This document shows positions 26,188 through 37,077 of a DNA stretch of 64,000 nucleotides, in pieces. The stretch spans positions 1 to 64,000 of the forward strand of contig NIVC01000799.1 of assembly GCA_002269645.1 (NCBI GenBank), in the 5' to 3' direction. This DNA comes from Macrostomum lignano. Lineage: Eukaryota. The notes beneath the pieces were generated by a model. It ran no database searches, was not told the origin of the DNA, and saw only the letters and a program-made list of their open reading frames with translations. Each line of letters opens with the position of its first letter. Position 1 is the stretch's first letter. The translations under genes and the position numbers were made by a program.

Positions 26188-26224
<37 letters not shown>

Positions 26225-26492
26225 AAAACGGGAGCAGAAACGAGAGCAGGAGCAGGAGCAGGAGCAGGAGCAAAAACGGGAGCAGAAACGAGAGCAGGAG
26301 CAAAAACGGGAGCAGGAGCAAAAACGGGAGCAGGAGCAGAAACGGGAGCAGAAACGAGAGCAGGAGCGGGAGCAGGAGCAGGAGCGGGAGCAGAAACGGG
26401 AGCAGAAACGAGAGCAGGAGCAGGAGCAGGAGCAGGGGCAGGAGCAGAAACGGGAGCAGAAACGAGAGCAGAAGCAGGAGCAGGAGCAGGAG
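26167..26492. repeat. (GA)n followed by a (GAGCAG)n / GAGCAAAAACGG compound microsatellite
   Basis: Directly visible, immediately 3' of the LINE. Confidence 0.92.
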
Positions 26493-27002
26493 CATGATTT
26501 CTGTTGTTGGTACAATTGGCAATGCTCGATTTTCGAGAGTCCTGTTGGTTTCAGCGTTGCTTTTTGTAATAGCAAAAGCCATCCGCGGATTATTGACATG
26601 TAAAACGAGATTTTGATTTCCAATTGAGTAGTTCTCAATGTTTACAATATATCAATCAATGCTTTCAATCTTACATGAAGATCTTGTCGACTTCGCTGGT
26701 GCGAGCTAATCAGCGATCAAATGAATTGAAATCAAGACAATTTTACGAGCTATGAATAAACGCACTACATGTATACAAATTAGTCCGAGTCAGAATGTGA
26801 CTGTCAGCTTTCAAAGCTAATTCTGAAGCTTAGCGACCTGCTAATACACTACTGGATCGAGAGGGGAGCGGCACCACTGCATGCCAACAAGTTAGCTACC
26901 GACAAGTCGGATTTGGGTTAGCGATTAGGTTAGTGCTAGAGTTATGGTTTAGGAATTAGGGTTTAGGATAGGTCTGTGTGCACCCTGGCGCACTTTAAGC
27001 GA

Positions 27003-27134
27003 AATTGTCACACAACCGGCGAGGGGCTTTACTGCCCATTCCGCCGACTCTCCTGAGCAGGCACACAAGCGCGCGGATGCGTACGCAGTCATTTGCACAG
27101 GCACACACTCACACAGGAGTGTTCAGCGGGCGAA
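27003..27134 (-). mobile_element. Partial dispersed repeat, inverted copy of the 3' part of the SINE-like element at ~54207-54340
   Basis: Its reverse complement (...GACTGCGTACGCATCCGCGCGCTTGTGTGCCTGCTCAGGAGAGTCGGC...GTTGTGTGACA) matches 54207-54340 closely. Confidence 0.8.
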
Positions 27135-27309
27135 TGCAAGGTACAGTGATGGTATGAATAACAGAACAGCCGACAGAGTTGCTTTTATCAGAGAAAAAAT
27201 CATATTTAGAATTCAACACAAGTATTCCAAAATTCAATCCCATTCAAATGACTTGAAAAACTTTGTTAAGAAATAGTATCCATTGAACCGCTCAATTGGT
27301 TTAAGCCAT

Positions 27310-28062
27310 TCACTCGAATGGAGACACGCACTCGCACAGGACGCCGGTGGCTCGAGACGAGGTATCCTTCAGGTCAGTAAGCTTGTGCGCGTTGTACCAC
27401 CTGATAGTTACATTTTGACTTCCACTGTCGCTCGGCTCGCCGCAACACTAGAGAGTTGAGTCGATCGGGAGACCGCAGCTCGCCCAGATCCAGCCTCCAT
27501 CCGGCTCCGCACTGCCTGCAGGCTGCACACCTCCGAGAAACGTACCTGTGCTCGAACGGTCGCAAAGCATGTCGATATGGCTCATCTCGGCTGCATCCAT
27601 CGCATCGGCCATGATCACCAAGCCGGGCTCGCTGTCGCACTTGGCCTTGCTCGGCTTCCAGAACTCGATTCCAGGGTGCAGCTTGTACTTTGTCCCACAC
27701 AAATCGTCGCCATAGCCAGCGGGACACAGAGCGCCTGCTCGAAGTCGTTGGTCCTCACGACGGACGAACACGCGACCTCGCGAGCTGCAGTCGCAGTCGC
27801 GTACTCGCTTGCTGCACCGATCGAACACGAACAGCCGACAGACACGGGAGCTCGTGGCCGTCTCCATGGCGAACGCCTTGCACAGGGGCTCCGCGGTGCA
27901 TTGAGAGGCGCATCCGATCTTAGAATCGGCATTCGGCAGGTCTCGAGTGAACTCGTCTCGGATGCACAAGAAGCCGTCCACCGCGTTGAACTCTTCCAAT
28001 TTTGAAGTCACTTTTTCAAATATTGTCGCAGTCAGCAGACAGATGAGTAGTATTTTCTTCAT
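27310..28062 (-). pseudogene. Intronless secreted PAN/apple + C-type lectin domain gene with an in-frame TAG at 27448-27450 (250 codons if read through)
   Basis: Signal peptide MKKILLICLLTATIF; PAN-like GCASQCTAEPLCKAFAM...CRLF; CTLD FWKPSKAKC...FLGG...WIW...IDSTL*CCGEPS...VLCECVSPFE*. The frame stays open for 45 more codons after the TAG, which sits where the W of WxxGEP is expected. Confidence 0.75.
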
Positions 28063-28373
28063 TGTAAACTGTTTAGGATAGCATCAGGCTGATCCCCTGC
28101 GCATTCGTCATATTCGAGCTGCTTAAATACATTGAATGCAATTAAAAGTCACCAAACAGGACAGGTAATGACAGTCATTATTTAAAATCAACACTTCGGA
28201 CAATGATGACGAAGGAATTCGATAAATATTGGCTCCTCATTAATTATTTTCTATTTTAGAGTCGTTGAATCGTTTTTATTGAAACGGACGCAAGTATCGG
28301 TCTGTAGACACTGTTTTTTGTGAGTAGTTTGCTTATCAATTAGCATTAATGGAATAGGAAAAGTCGATTCGAT

Positions 28374-30663
28374 TGTACTAATAATGATAACATTTCGATT
28401 TGTTTACCATTTAGATAAATATACATATATCATATGGATCTCTGTGTCTAGACTCAAGGACCACTGTATATATAGCTACATACAGTGGTCCTTGATGTCT
28501 AGACTGTGAGATTCCGCTTTTTGATTTGATGGAAAATCTAAAAATTAAGGACTACGCCTGTTCCAATTTCTACGGAATATTAACTACGAAAGATTCTAAA
28601 TGAGCTAAGCCACACATTAGTGTTTGCTTGACACCGAAAAATTGAAACCAATATAGTGATCTGATGAGGACGCACTTTTTCCCAAATCCCGCGCTAGCAC
28701 ATGGGCTCTAAACTTACTAGCCTACTGACAGCAGGCTAAGGGCATTTTTATCCTTTTCTGCGAATTTTCATAGAATCTATACTAGATATAATGTCTGGCC
28801 ATACTAGTAGTCATAATAACATAGGCGCAGCTTTTTGGGTCATAAATCATCGCTTTCGAAGCTGATCTGACAGCCACCTGCGCCTCACTCAGTGTTGAAG
28901 CGGGCGCCAGATGGTCTGAGAGGATGCGGGCGGTAGCTTTTTTCTCATCATTTTGACAGGCCATCAAGATTTATGAGGTCAGAGCCTATTGTTCGGATTC
29001 ACTCAAGCGTGTGACAGCTTTGACAGCTATGCGTTTTACCCCTAAAAGTACCTTGGGATTAGCGATTAGCGATTTCTCTTCATTATCTTCACTTTCTATT
29101 TAATAAGAGCTTTCTAATGTATATTTTTTCATTAATTTCTGTCAATCCTACGCGAAAGGTCATAAATCATTTTGTTGCGATTTTGAGTGATTTATGGCCG
29201 CACCTGTCATCTTTTTACGACCCTGTGGGAACTGATAGGATCTCTCGGTCACGTGATTCTGGGTAGCAACGAGCTTAGCCAATCAGAAAATTCGGCGCTC
29301 ATTTTAACAAAACGGCTCAGCCAATCAGAATCGACGTGTTCCGTTATAACAAACTATGCGGTCCAGTTGGCGGCTATTTAAACCGGAGTTTTTGGCCCGC
29401 TCGGACGCTACTTCTTCTTACTTTGGCTCGGGCCCAGCGCGCAACTTCTGGTTCCCGGAGCACGACCGTCGTTTCTTGATCCCCGGATTGCAACTTCCCC
29501 CATCATCATCAAGGACGAGTCCCCCGGTCGACAGCAGCGAACATCCAGTTAAGAGCATCACCTGCTAGCTAACAGCGAAGATTGTGACAGCATCATCCCG
29601 AGTCTACAGCTGCAGAGCATCGAGCCGATTCGGTCACTGTGGAATACCTGGTCTCCGGCTGTTGAGTTTCTGATTGGTTGGGTGAGAGGCTACCTAGACT
29701 TGCTTGATTGGGTAATCCCTTTTCTGTCCCCTGTTGCAGTAGCTGAATTAGGCGCACACTTTTGCTCATTTTGTTCAGTAGTGCTGTTGCTGAGGCAGGA
29801 ATCATTCAATAATACTGCCAGTAGTCTAAGACTCCAATTCAATCTAAAGTGTGAAGTGAATTAAGGAGAAGGTTAAATCTAACAGTTATCTTTGTCGGCT
29901 TTATTTCTTTGTTCGCCGATGGCTCAGATGAGTAGCTAAGCTAGTAGGCGCCGGTCACAGTGGACCAATGGCAAGGCAGTTCTCAGTCGACCAATCTAAC
30001 AAATCAGTGAGCAAAACTGCCAAAAGTGCAGAATCGGCGCCAGAGATGTACTTTGTGCACTCTAGGGTAGCCAAGCGGCTCGGGTAAATGAATCATGCGG
30101 TCTCTGAAGTTCGAGTTAGCCTATCATCAGCGCTATGAGAGGCTAGTTGGCGCGTTGAAGGCTAAAAGTACATATCTTCGTATTTAGCAATGTAATAGTA
30201 CATGTAGCTACCCTATAGACTCGCCACCGCAAGAATCCCCTGCACAAGTCCCCTCTGTACCTGCATGGCCAACGCGATCTAGTCCCAGCTAGCAGTGTCC
30301 CTTATCATCGGCTATGACTTCGAGATTGACAGCAAAAAGACACTAGTTGGCAGGTAAGTGCAAAGCCCCTTCTAGTCGGAAGCCCGATTTCGAGAGTCCC
30401 GGTGTGGTGAGCCAGGGCGCACGGGCTGGTGGCAGCAAGTTAGTTGATCTGCGGATTAGCTAATTTCTACTTTCAAAATTCTCCCTGCTCGTCTCTCGCT
30501 GTCCCTCTCTTAGCTATAGGACCTAGACTGCTCGCCACACGATCAAGCTACCATGGGGCTGACCATCTGACAGGAGTGGGGGGCCAGGTCTCTAATTGAT
30601 TTATTTCTGAGCCTGAGGCCCGAAGGCTTCCCTAACAAGGAGCCCGAAGGTCGAAACCCATCA
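28374..30663 (+). mobile_element. LTR-like unit, copy 1 (~2.29 kb, TG...CA)
   Basis: Similar along its length to 30666-32900. Ends ...GGTCGAAACCCATCA. Contains E-box, two CCAAT boxes and TATTTAAA. No coding capacity recognised. Confidence 0.7.
28455..28494. mobile_element. 40-bp palindromic hAT-like mini-MITE (CAAGGACCACTGTA...TACAGTGGTCCTTG) inside the LTR-like unit; homologue at ~30762-30798
   Basis: 14-bp perfect inverted arms. TCTAGACT lies on the left and recurs 3 nt after the right arm; in the second copy TCAAGACT / TCTAGACT flank it directly. Confidence 0.6.
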
Positions 30664-30665
30664 AT

Positions 30666-32900
30666 TGTAACACGTACTAATAATGATGATAACATTTCGA
30701 TTTGTTTTCTGGAACATGTATAAATATGCATATATCATGTATGGATCTCTGTGTCAAGACTCAAGGACCACTGTACATAGCTATATCAGTGGTCCTTGTC
30801 TAGACTGTGCGATTCCGCTTTTTCCTTTAATGGCAAATCTAAAAATTAAGGGTTACATGTTCCAATTTCTATTGATGAGGACGCACTTTTTCCCAAATCC
30901 CGCGCTAGCACATGGGCTCTAAACTTACTAGCCTACTGACAGCAGGCTAAGGGCATTTTTATCCTTTTCTGCGAATTTTCATAGAATCTATACTAGATAT
31001 AATGTCTGGCCATACTAGTAGTCATAATAACATAGGCGCGGCTTTTTGGGTCGTAAATCATCGCTTTCGAAGCTGGTCTGACAGCCACCTGCGCCTCACT
31101 CAGTGTTGAGGCGGGCGCCAGATGGTCTGAGAGGATGCGGGCGGTAGCTTTTTTCTCATCATTTTGACAGGCCATCAAGATTTATGAGGTCAGAGCCTAT
31201 TGTTCGTGTTCACTCAAGCGTGTGACAGCTTTGACAGCTATGCGTTTTACCCCTAAAAGTACTTTGGGATTAGCGATTAGCGGTTTCTCTTCATTACCTT
31301 CACCTTCTATTTAATAAGAGCTTTCTAATGTATATTTTTTCATTAATTTCTGTCAATCCTACGCGCAAAGTCATAAATCATTTTGTTGCGATTTTGAGTG
31401 ATTTATGGCCGCACCTGTCATCTTTTTACGACCCTGTGGGAACTGATAGGATCTCTCGGTCACGTGATTCTGGGTAGCAACGAGCTTAGCCAATCAGAAA
31501 ATTCGGCGCTCATTTTAACAAAACGGCTCAGCCAATCAGAATCGACGTGTTCCATTATAACAAACTGCGGTCCAGTTGGCGGCTATTTAAACCGGAGTTT
31601 TTGGCCCGCACGGACCGCTGAAATCCGCGGCGAACCGCTTCGCGACGCTGCGCTTCGCCCAACCTCGTTCCTGCTCCACCGGCCAGGAACTGACCGTCGT
31701 TTCTTGATCCCCGGATTGCGACTTCCGGGGACGAATCATCATCATCAAGGACGAATCCCCCAGTCACCAGCAGCGAACATCAAGCGAAGAGCATCACCTG
31801 CTAGCTATCTGCGAAGACTGTGACTGCATCATCCCGAGTCTACAGCTGCGAAGCATCAAGCCGATTCGGTCACTGTGGATTACCTGGTCTCCGGCTGTTG
31901 AGTTTCTGATTGGTTGGGTGAGAGGCTACCTAGACTTGCTTGATTGGGTGATTCCCTGTCTGTCCCCTGTTTCAGTAGCTGGATTAGGCGCACACTTTTG
32001 CTCATTTTGTTCAGTAGGGCTGTTACTGAGGCAGAAATCATTCAATAATACCGCTAGTAATCTGATTGCTCCAATTCAGTCTGAAGTGAGAAGTGATTCA
32101 GTGAGAAGTTTAAATCTAACAGTTGTTTTAATCGGTTTTGTTTCTTTGTTCGCCGATGGCTCAGATGAGTAGCTAAGCTAGTAGGCACCGGTCACAGTGG
32201 ACCAATGGCAAGGCAGTTCTCAGTCGATCAATCTATCAAATCAGTTAGCGAAACTGCCAAAAGTGCAGAATCGGCGCCAGAGATGTACTTTGTGCACTCT
32301 AGGTTAGCCAAGCGGCTCGGGTAATGAATCATGCGGTCTCTGAAGTTCGAGTTAGTCTATCATCAGCGCTATGAGAGGCTAGTTGGCGCGTTGAAGGCCA
32401 AAAGTACATTTCTTCGTATTTAGCAATGTAATAGTACATGTAGCTACCCCATAGACTCGCCACTGCAAGAATCCCCTGCACAAGTCCCCTCTGTACCTGC
32501 ATGGCCAATGCGATCTAGTCCCAGCTAGCAGTGTCCCTTATCATCGGCTATGACTTCGAGATTGACAGCAAAAAGACACCAGTTGGCAGGCAAGTGCAAA
32601 GCCCCTTCTAGTCGGAAGCCCGATTTCGAGAGCCCCGGTGTGGTGAGTCAGGACGTACGGGCTGGTGGCAGCGAGTTAGTTGATCTGCGGATTAGCTAAT
32701 TTCTACTTTCAAAATTCTCCCTGCTCGTCTCTCGCTGTCCCTCTCTTAGCTATAGGACCTAGACTGCTCGCCACACGATCAAGCTACCATGGGGCTGACC
32801 ATCTGACAGGAGTGGGGGGCCAGGACTCTAATTGATTTATTTCTGAGGCCTTAGGCCCGAAGGCTTCCCTAACAAGGAGCCCGAAGGTCGAAACCCATCA
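30666..32900 (+). mobile_element. LTR-like unit, copy 2 (~2.23 kb, TGTAACAC...CCCATCA)
   Basis: Head-to-tail duplicate of 28374-30663 separated by the dinucleotide AT; scattered substitutions and indels (roughly 90% identity by eye). Confidence 0.7.
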
Positions 32901-33214
32901 GATCGTTTTAGGCGTTAAGAGGCGCATTCTATTCCATAGATCTCCGAGCAAATTAATCTCGGACTCACAGGAATCCATCGATTAGCTAGGAATTCTTGCA
33001 AGAAACTTGTAGTCTACTCAATCCCAAAAGCAAACAACGAAATAATAATAATACTGGGAACAGTACAAATTTAGGGGAATTTCAAATGTGAGATAGGAAT
33101 AGAGATACATGCATCCATATGGGCCTGAGAATTTCCATCAGCATTTTACTTGTAGTCGTGAAAATTCATTCAGTACATTATATTCTGTCTCATCAGGAGT
33201 AAAACATGAGCATA

Positions 33215-33482
33215 CATGCGCAACCCCCCTGATTTACACTGGCCATGCGACTTACTTTTTGACCAAAAATGCGACTTACCTGTGAAAGAAACCCTAAAGC
33301 AAAATAAACGCTTATTTGGGTAAACGGCAGGAGTAACTATGACTGTCTTATCAGGCCTAAATGCCTCGGCATCTAATTAGTACTACGTCCATATTCTTTG
33401 GGGTGGCATTTTTGCGACTTACCCCTGGTCCACCACAATTTACGGTGGCCAGATCGGCCAGGTCGGCCAGCAGTTGCGCATG
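33215..33482. mobile_element. ~268-bp MITE with 10-bp TIR (CATGCGCAAC/GTTGCGCATG) and TA flanks
   Basis: TA-CATGCGCAAC at 33213-33224 and GTTGCGCATG-TA at 33473-33484; internal GCGACTTAC repeated three times. Confidence 0.65.
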
Positions 33483-33527
33483 TATGAACATGAGTATAAG
33501 AAAAACCCTGAACTAGCAAAGTGAATG

Positions 33528-33578
33528 CAAGGACTTCTAGACTAACTTCTAGACTAGACTTAGTCTAGAAGTCCTTGA
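33528..33578. mobile_element. 51-bp hAT-like mini-MITE with perfect 8-bp TSD AGTGAATG
   Basis: AGTGAATG|CAAGGACTTCTAGACTAA...TTAGTCTAGAAGTCCTTG|AGTGAATG: 18-bp perfect inverted arms. A left-arm-like CAGGGACTTCTAGACTAA also occurs at ~8417. Confidence 0.8.
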
Positions 33579-34689
33579 GTGAATGCCCGTCGCACCGCAC
33601 TCTACAAAATTTCCAATACATTGATAGTGTAGGCCTAGCCTAGTTCAACCCCAAGAAGTAGACACATAACTTTTAAGTTAAAAATAGTTTTTTATAAGTT
33701 TAGCAATAGAAATTTATATATATTGTGTTTAACTATCGATTAATTTGATTGGCTGTGTTTAGCTGCGTTTATCTGTTCGATAACTTTAAACTTATTTTTA
33801 CTTCGAAACATTTACACGTCGCCGGTCGGACATCATCACCCCCTACATCTATCTATCCATTCTCTCTGTAGTAATTTTAAATTTAGTTTCAAAATTTCAT
33901 TGGCTGCCATTGCAAATTTGACATTGATTTTCTATTTTTACCAAGCTCATTTATTTTTTCTTTCAGTCTCTAATCCAACTCTTGATTTAGCTGCCCACAA
34001 CTCCCAAAGACAAAGGCTTCAAAATGATTCTTCTAACTATGATAGCCAGAATTACAGATGGTTTGCCTTTGGCAGCTTCCTTGCAAGAAGAAGATGTGAG
34101 TTAAACTGTTTTAAGACTCTTTTTTATTTATCAAACTGCGAGGAACTAGGTCAATTTTATTGCACTTCTAAGCTATAATTTTGATTATTAAAGTACATAT
34201 TAATTATTATTTGTACTTGTATCAATCAATCCATAGTGGAATCATAGAGCAAATATTTTATAATATCAGCAAAAAGCTTTTAGTAAAAGGATAATTATAT
34301 ATTTTGCCATAAAAAGGCCTTTGTATCTTTGCTCTAGTCTAGGCCTAGCCTAGCTAGGGTTTAACTTCTTTGATTTATATATATATTACTTATGTGGCTT
34401 GGTTTTTCCATAAAAATGTTTTTCTACAGAAATATAGAAATGGGTTTTTGCTAGAAACAATGTATAAAATTGCACCTTGTAGGTCTTACCCAATTTCAAG
34501 GTACAATTTTAAGGCTTAGAATGCAATTTCTCTTATTTTAAAAAACTAAGAATATAGACATCTATATTTTATTATGTTTAAGTCCAAAGTATACTTGAGG
34601 CTTGACCTCTTGTCTTGTTGTCTGGATCTTATTTTAAGGTAATGCAAATAAGGCTTAAAAATCAGTTATAAGACTGTATTTAATGCTGC

Positions 34690-35055
34690 ACTTAGAGACA
34701 TGGCGACTGTGTCTATAATGCAAAAACTTATAGACATGGTAGCTATGTCTCTAATAGCACAACTAGGCCCATACTTATAGACATGGCCACCATGTCTCTA
34801 AGTTTTTGCATTATAGACATGGCTGCCATGTCTATAAGTATAGACCTAGTCACTATTAGAGACATGGCTGCTGTGTCAATGAAACTTTGCACAGTAGCCG
34901 TGTCATTAATATTGAATAGGTTCATACTTAGAGACACGGTGGGTAGCCATGTTGTTAATATTAAATGGGTTCACACTTAAAGACACAATGGGTGGCCATG
35001 TCATTAATATTGAATGGGTTCACACTTAGAGACACAGTGGGTGGCTGTGTCTAAT
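34690..35055. repeat. Array of ~8 palindromic units AGACATGG-N3-CCATGTCT, partly arranged as a larger inverted duplication
   Basis: Units at ~34696, 34732, 34779, 34815, 34860 and decayed ones downstream; ~34691-34755 is inverted relative to ~34775-34838. Confidence 0.75.
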
Positions 35056-37077
35056 ATTGGAGCTTATAAGCACAGCTGCTATGAATATAATCATTGATCA
35101 GATGAAAAAAAGATCAATTGATTGATTGAAAAGTCAGAGTTTTTAATTTGAATTTTTTAAATGAAATTAAATTACAAAAGTGTGTTTGCATATGTGGTAG
35201 CTACTGAAAAAGAATTTTTTTTAATACATATTGGCCGCTCTTTAAGATTGAGGGTTACTCTTATTAAAAAGTTTAATTTAATTTATTTTAATTTATTATT
35301 TTTTTTTAAATTAAAAACCTTAAAAAGTTCAAGACAGAAAATTTTTTGCATAAAAAATACCCCAATACCTTATGCATAAAAAACTTAGAATATAGCCTAA
35401 TTAGGTCTAGTTACAACTAAGCAACTTAGTTTGGCATGGTTACATATTATTTGTTTCTAGTTGCAATTTAGTTAAGTCTAACTCTAAGATCCTAGAATCT
35501 TATAGTATAAACATTAGTATGATTTTAACCTAATCTCTATTTTCTTTTTTTTCAAAATAATTTTTGCCTTGTATCTTTATTGTTTTTTGCCTTCAATTTT
35601 ATGATTTAGGGCCTTGCTTGGCTAGCTCAGCATTTTTAGCCAATAACTTAGTCTTAGCTAGACTAGGTTTTATATATATTTACTTTAGAGAATTAAAAAA
35701 ATGAAAGCTTCTTTTTAAATCAAACTTGTTATTCATTATGATTACTTATGAATTCAATATAGCTTTAGCTTTGATCGCTAAGTAGTATTGTAACTATTTT
35801 TAGTATATAGCATTTAGGTATCTTAGTTTGCTTATTAACAATTTAAAATAATAATTGATAGTAAGAGCCATTAGTTACAACTCAGAATTCACAAGTTTCT
35901 TAGTTAAGTAATGTGTTGTTAATATATTAATTATACTAATTATATAGGCACTAAATATAAAACTCAAACATTTTTTATATATTAAATTTTATTATATTTA
36001 AATGAATAATTTCTTTTGAGTAACAATCAGTACTCATTTAAAATTTGTTAGCCTTATGGTTTATTACTTAATAAATAGTCCATACTATATATCAAATCCT
36101 ATAAATGAGCCTTTGGTGCTATTCATTAAATAGGCTTTTATAATTACAAGAATGCAGCTATGAATAGTATTTTGCAGATTGTGCCAAATGCATTTGTCTC
36201 AATCAATTCCTATCAACTTAATCACATTTTTGACTGTTGTCTTTTTTCTTTCTCTTTCCCCCTTATTCTCTTCCCCCCTTCTTTTCTTTCCTCTTTCCTC
36301 TCTTGCCCCTCTCCCCTCTTAGATCTCTTCACCTAATGTTCAAGTAAATAAAGTAACAAAATCTCCAATGCTTACCAATATATTCTTTGAGAGCAATGGC
36401 CTGCTTGTCAGTTGGTTCCTAAGAAGATTTGGCAGCAAAAGCCTCCTGAAGAATTGTTTGCAGTCTTGCTTTCTTTGATGGTGGCAAATGCTAGGCAGCT
36501 TCCTCATTGGCTTCATTCATTGTAACTTTAGCCCCTACTATCCCAACCACAGTATGCATATGTTGTCAAAGTCTATTGCTTGAATCTTCAACTCTAGGGA
36601 CTTAAGAGCTGCCTTGCATTGAAAGTAAAAACATTCATCCTAACTTTAGCCCCTACCATCCCAACCACAATATACATACATGTGGTGTCAAACATCTCTG
36701 TTGCTTGAGTCCCCAACCCCAGGGACTTAAGAGCTCTGCTCATATTAAAAATGAAAATTTTCAACTTAAAATTAGTCCCTTCCCTACCATTCTTACCACA
36801 CAATGGGCATTGTGGCGTCGAAAATCTTTGCTTGAATCCTCAACCCGAGAGACTTGAGAACTCCCCTCACAAAAGCTTTGAAGCTGGGCAACATTTATTC
36901 ATTTCTGAAATTAAGTTATTGAGTGCCCTAGATACCGGAACTAGATATGGGAAATGTATGTTCCTATAACTATACCCGTATCTGTAATGTCTGTCTAAAA
37001 ACCTCCGTAGCTATATCCGTAGCTACGGCGGAACTGCTAACAGCCTGTTTACAGTATTGTACTTTTATCTTTTTTAG

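Noticed and set aside
26157-26638. EQ-rich, GA-rich and Cys-rich ORFs
   Set aside because: Translations of the (GAGCAG)n microsatellite.
28655-28675. CTGATGAG hammerhead core candidate
   Set aside because: No stem II/GAAA arrangement follows, and it is absent in the second copy.
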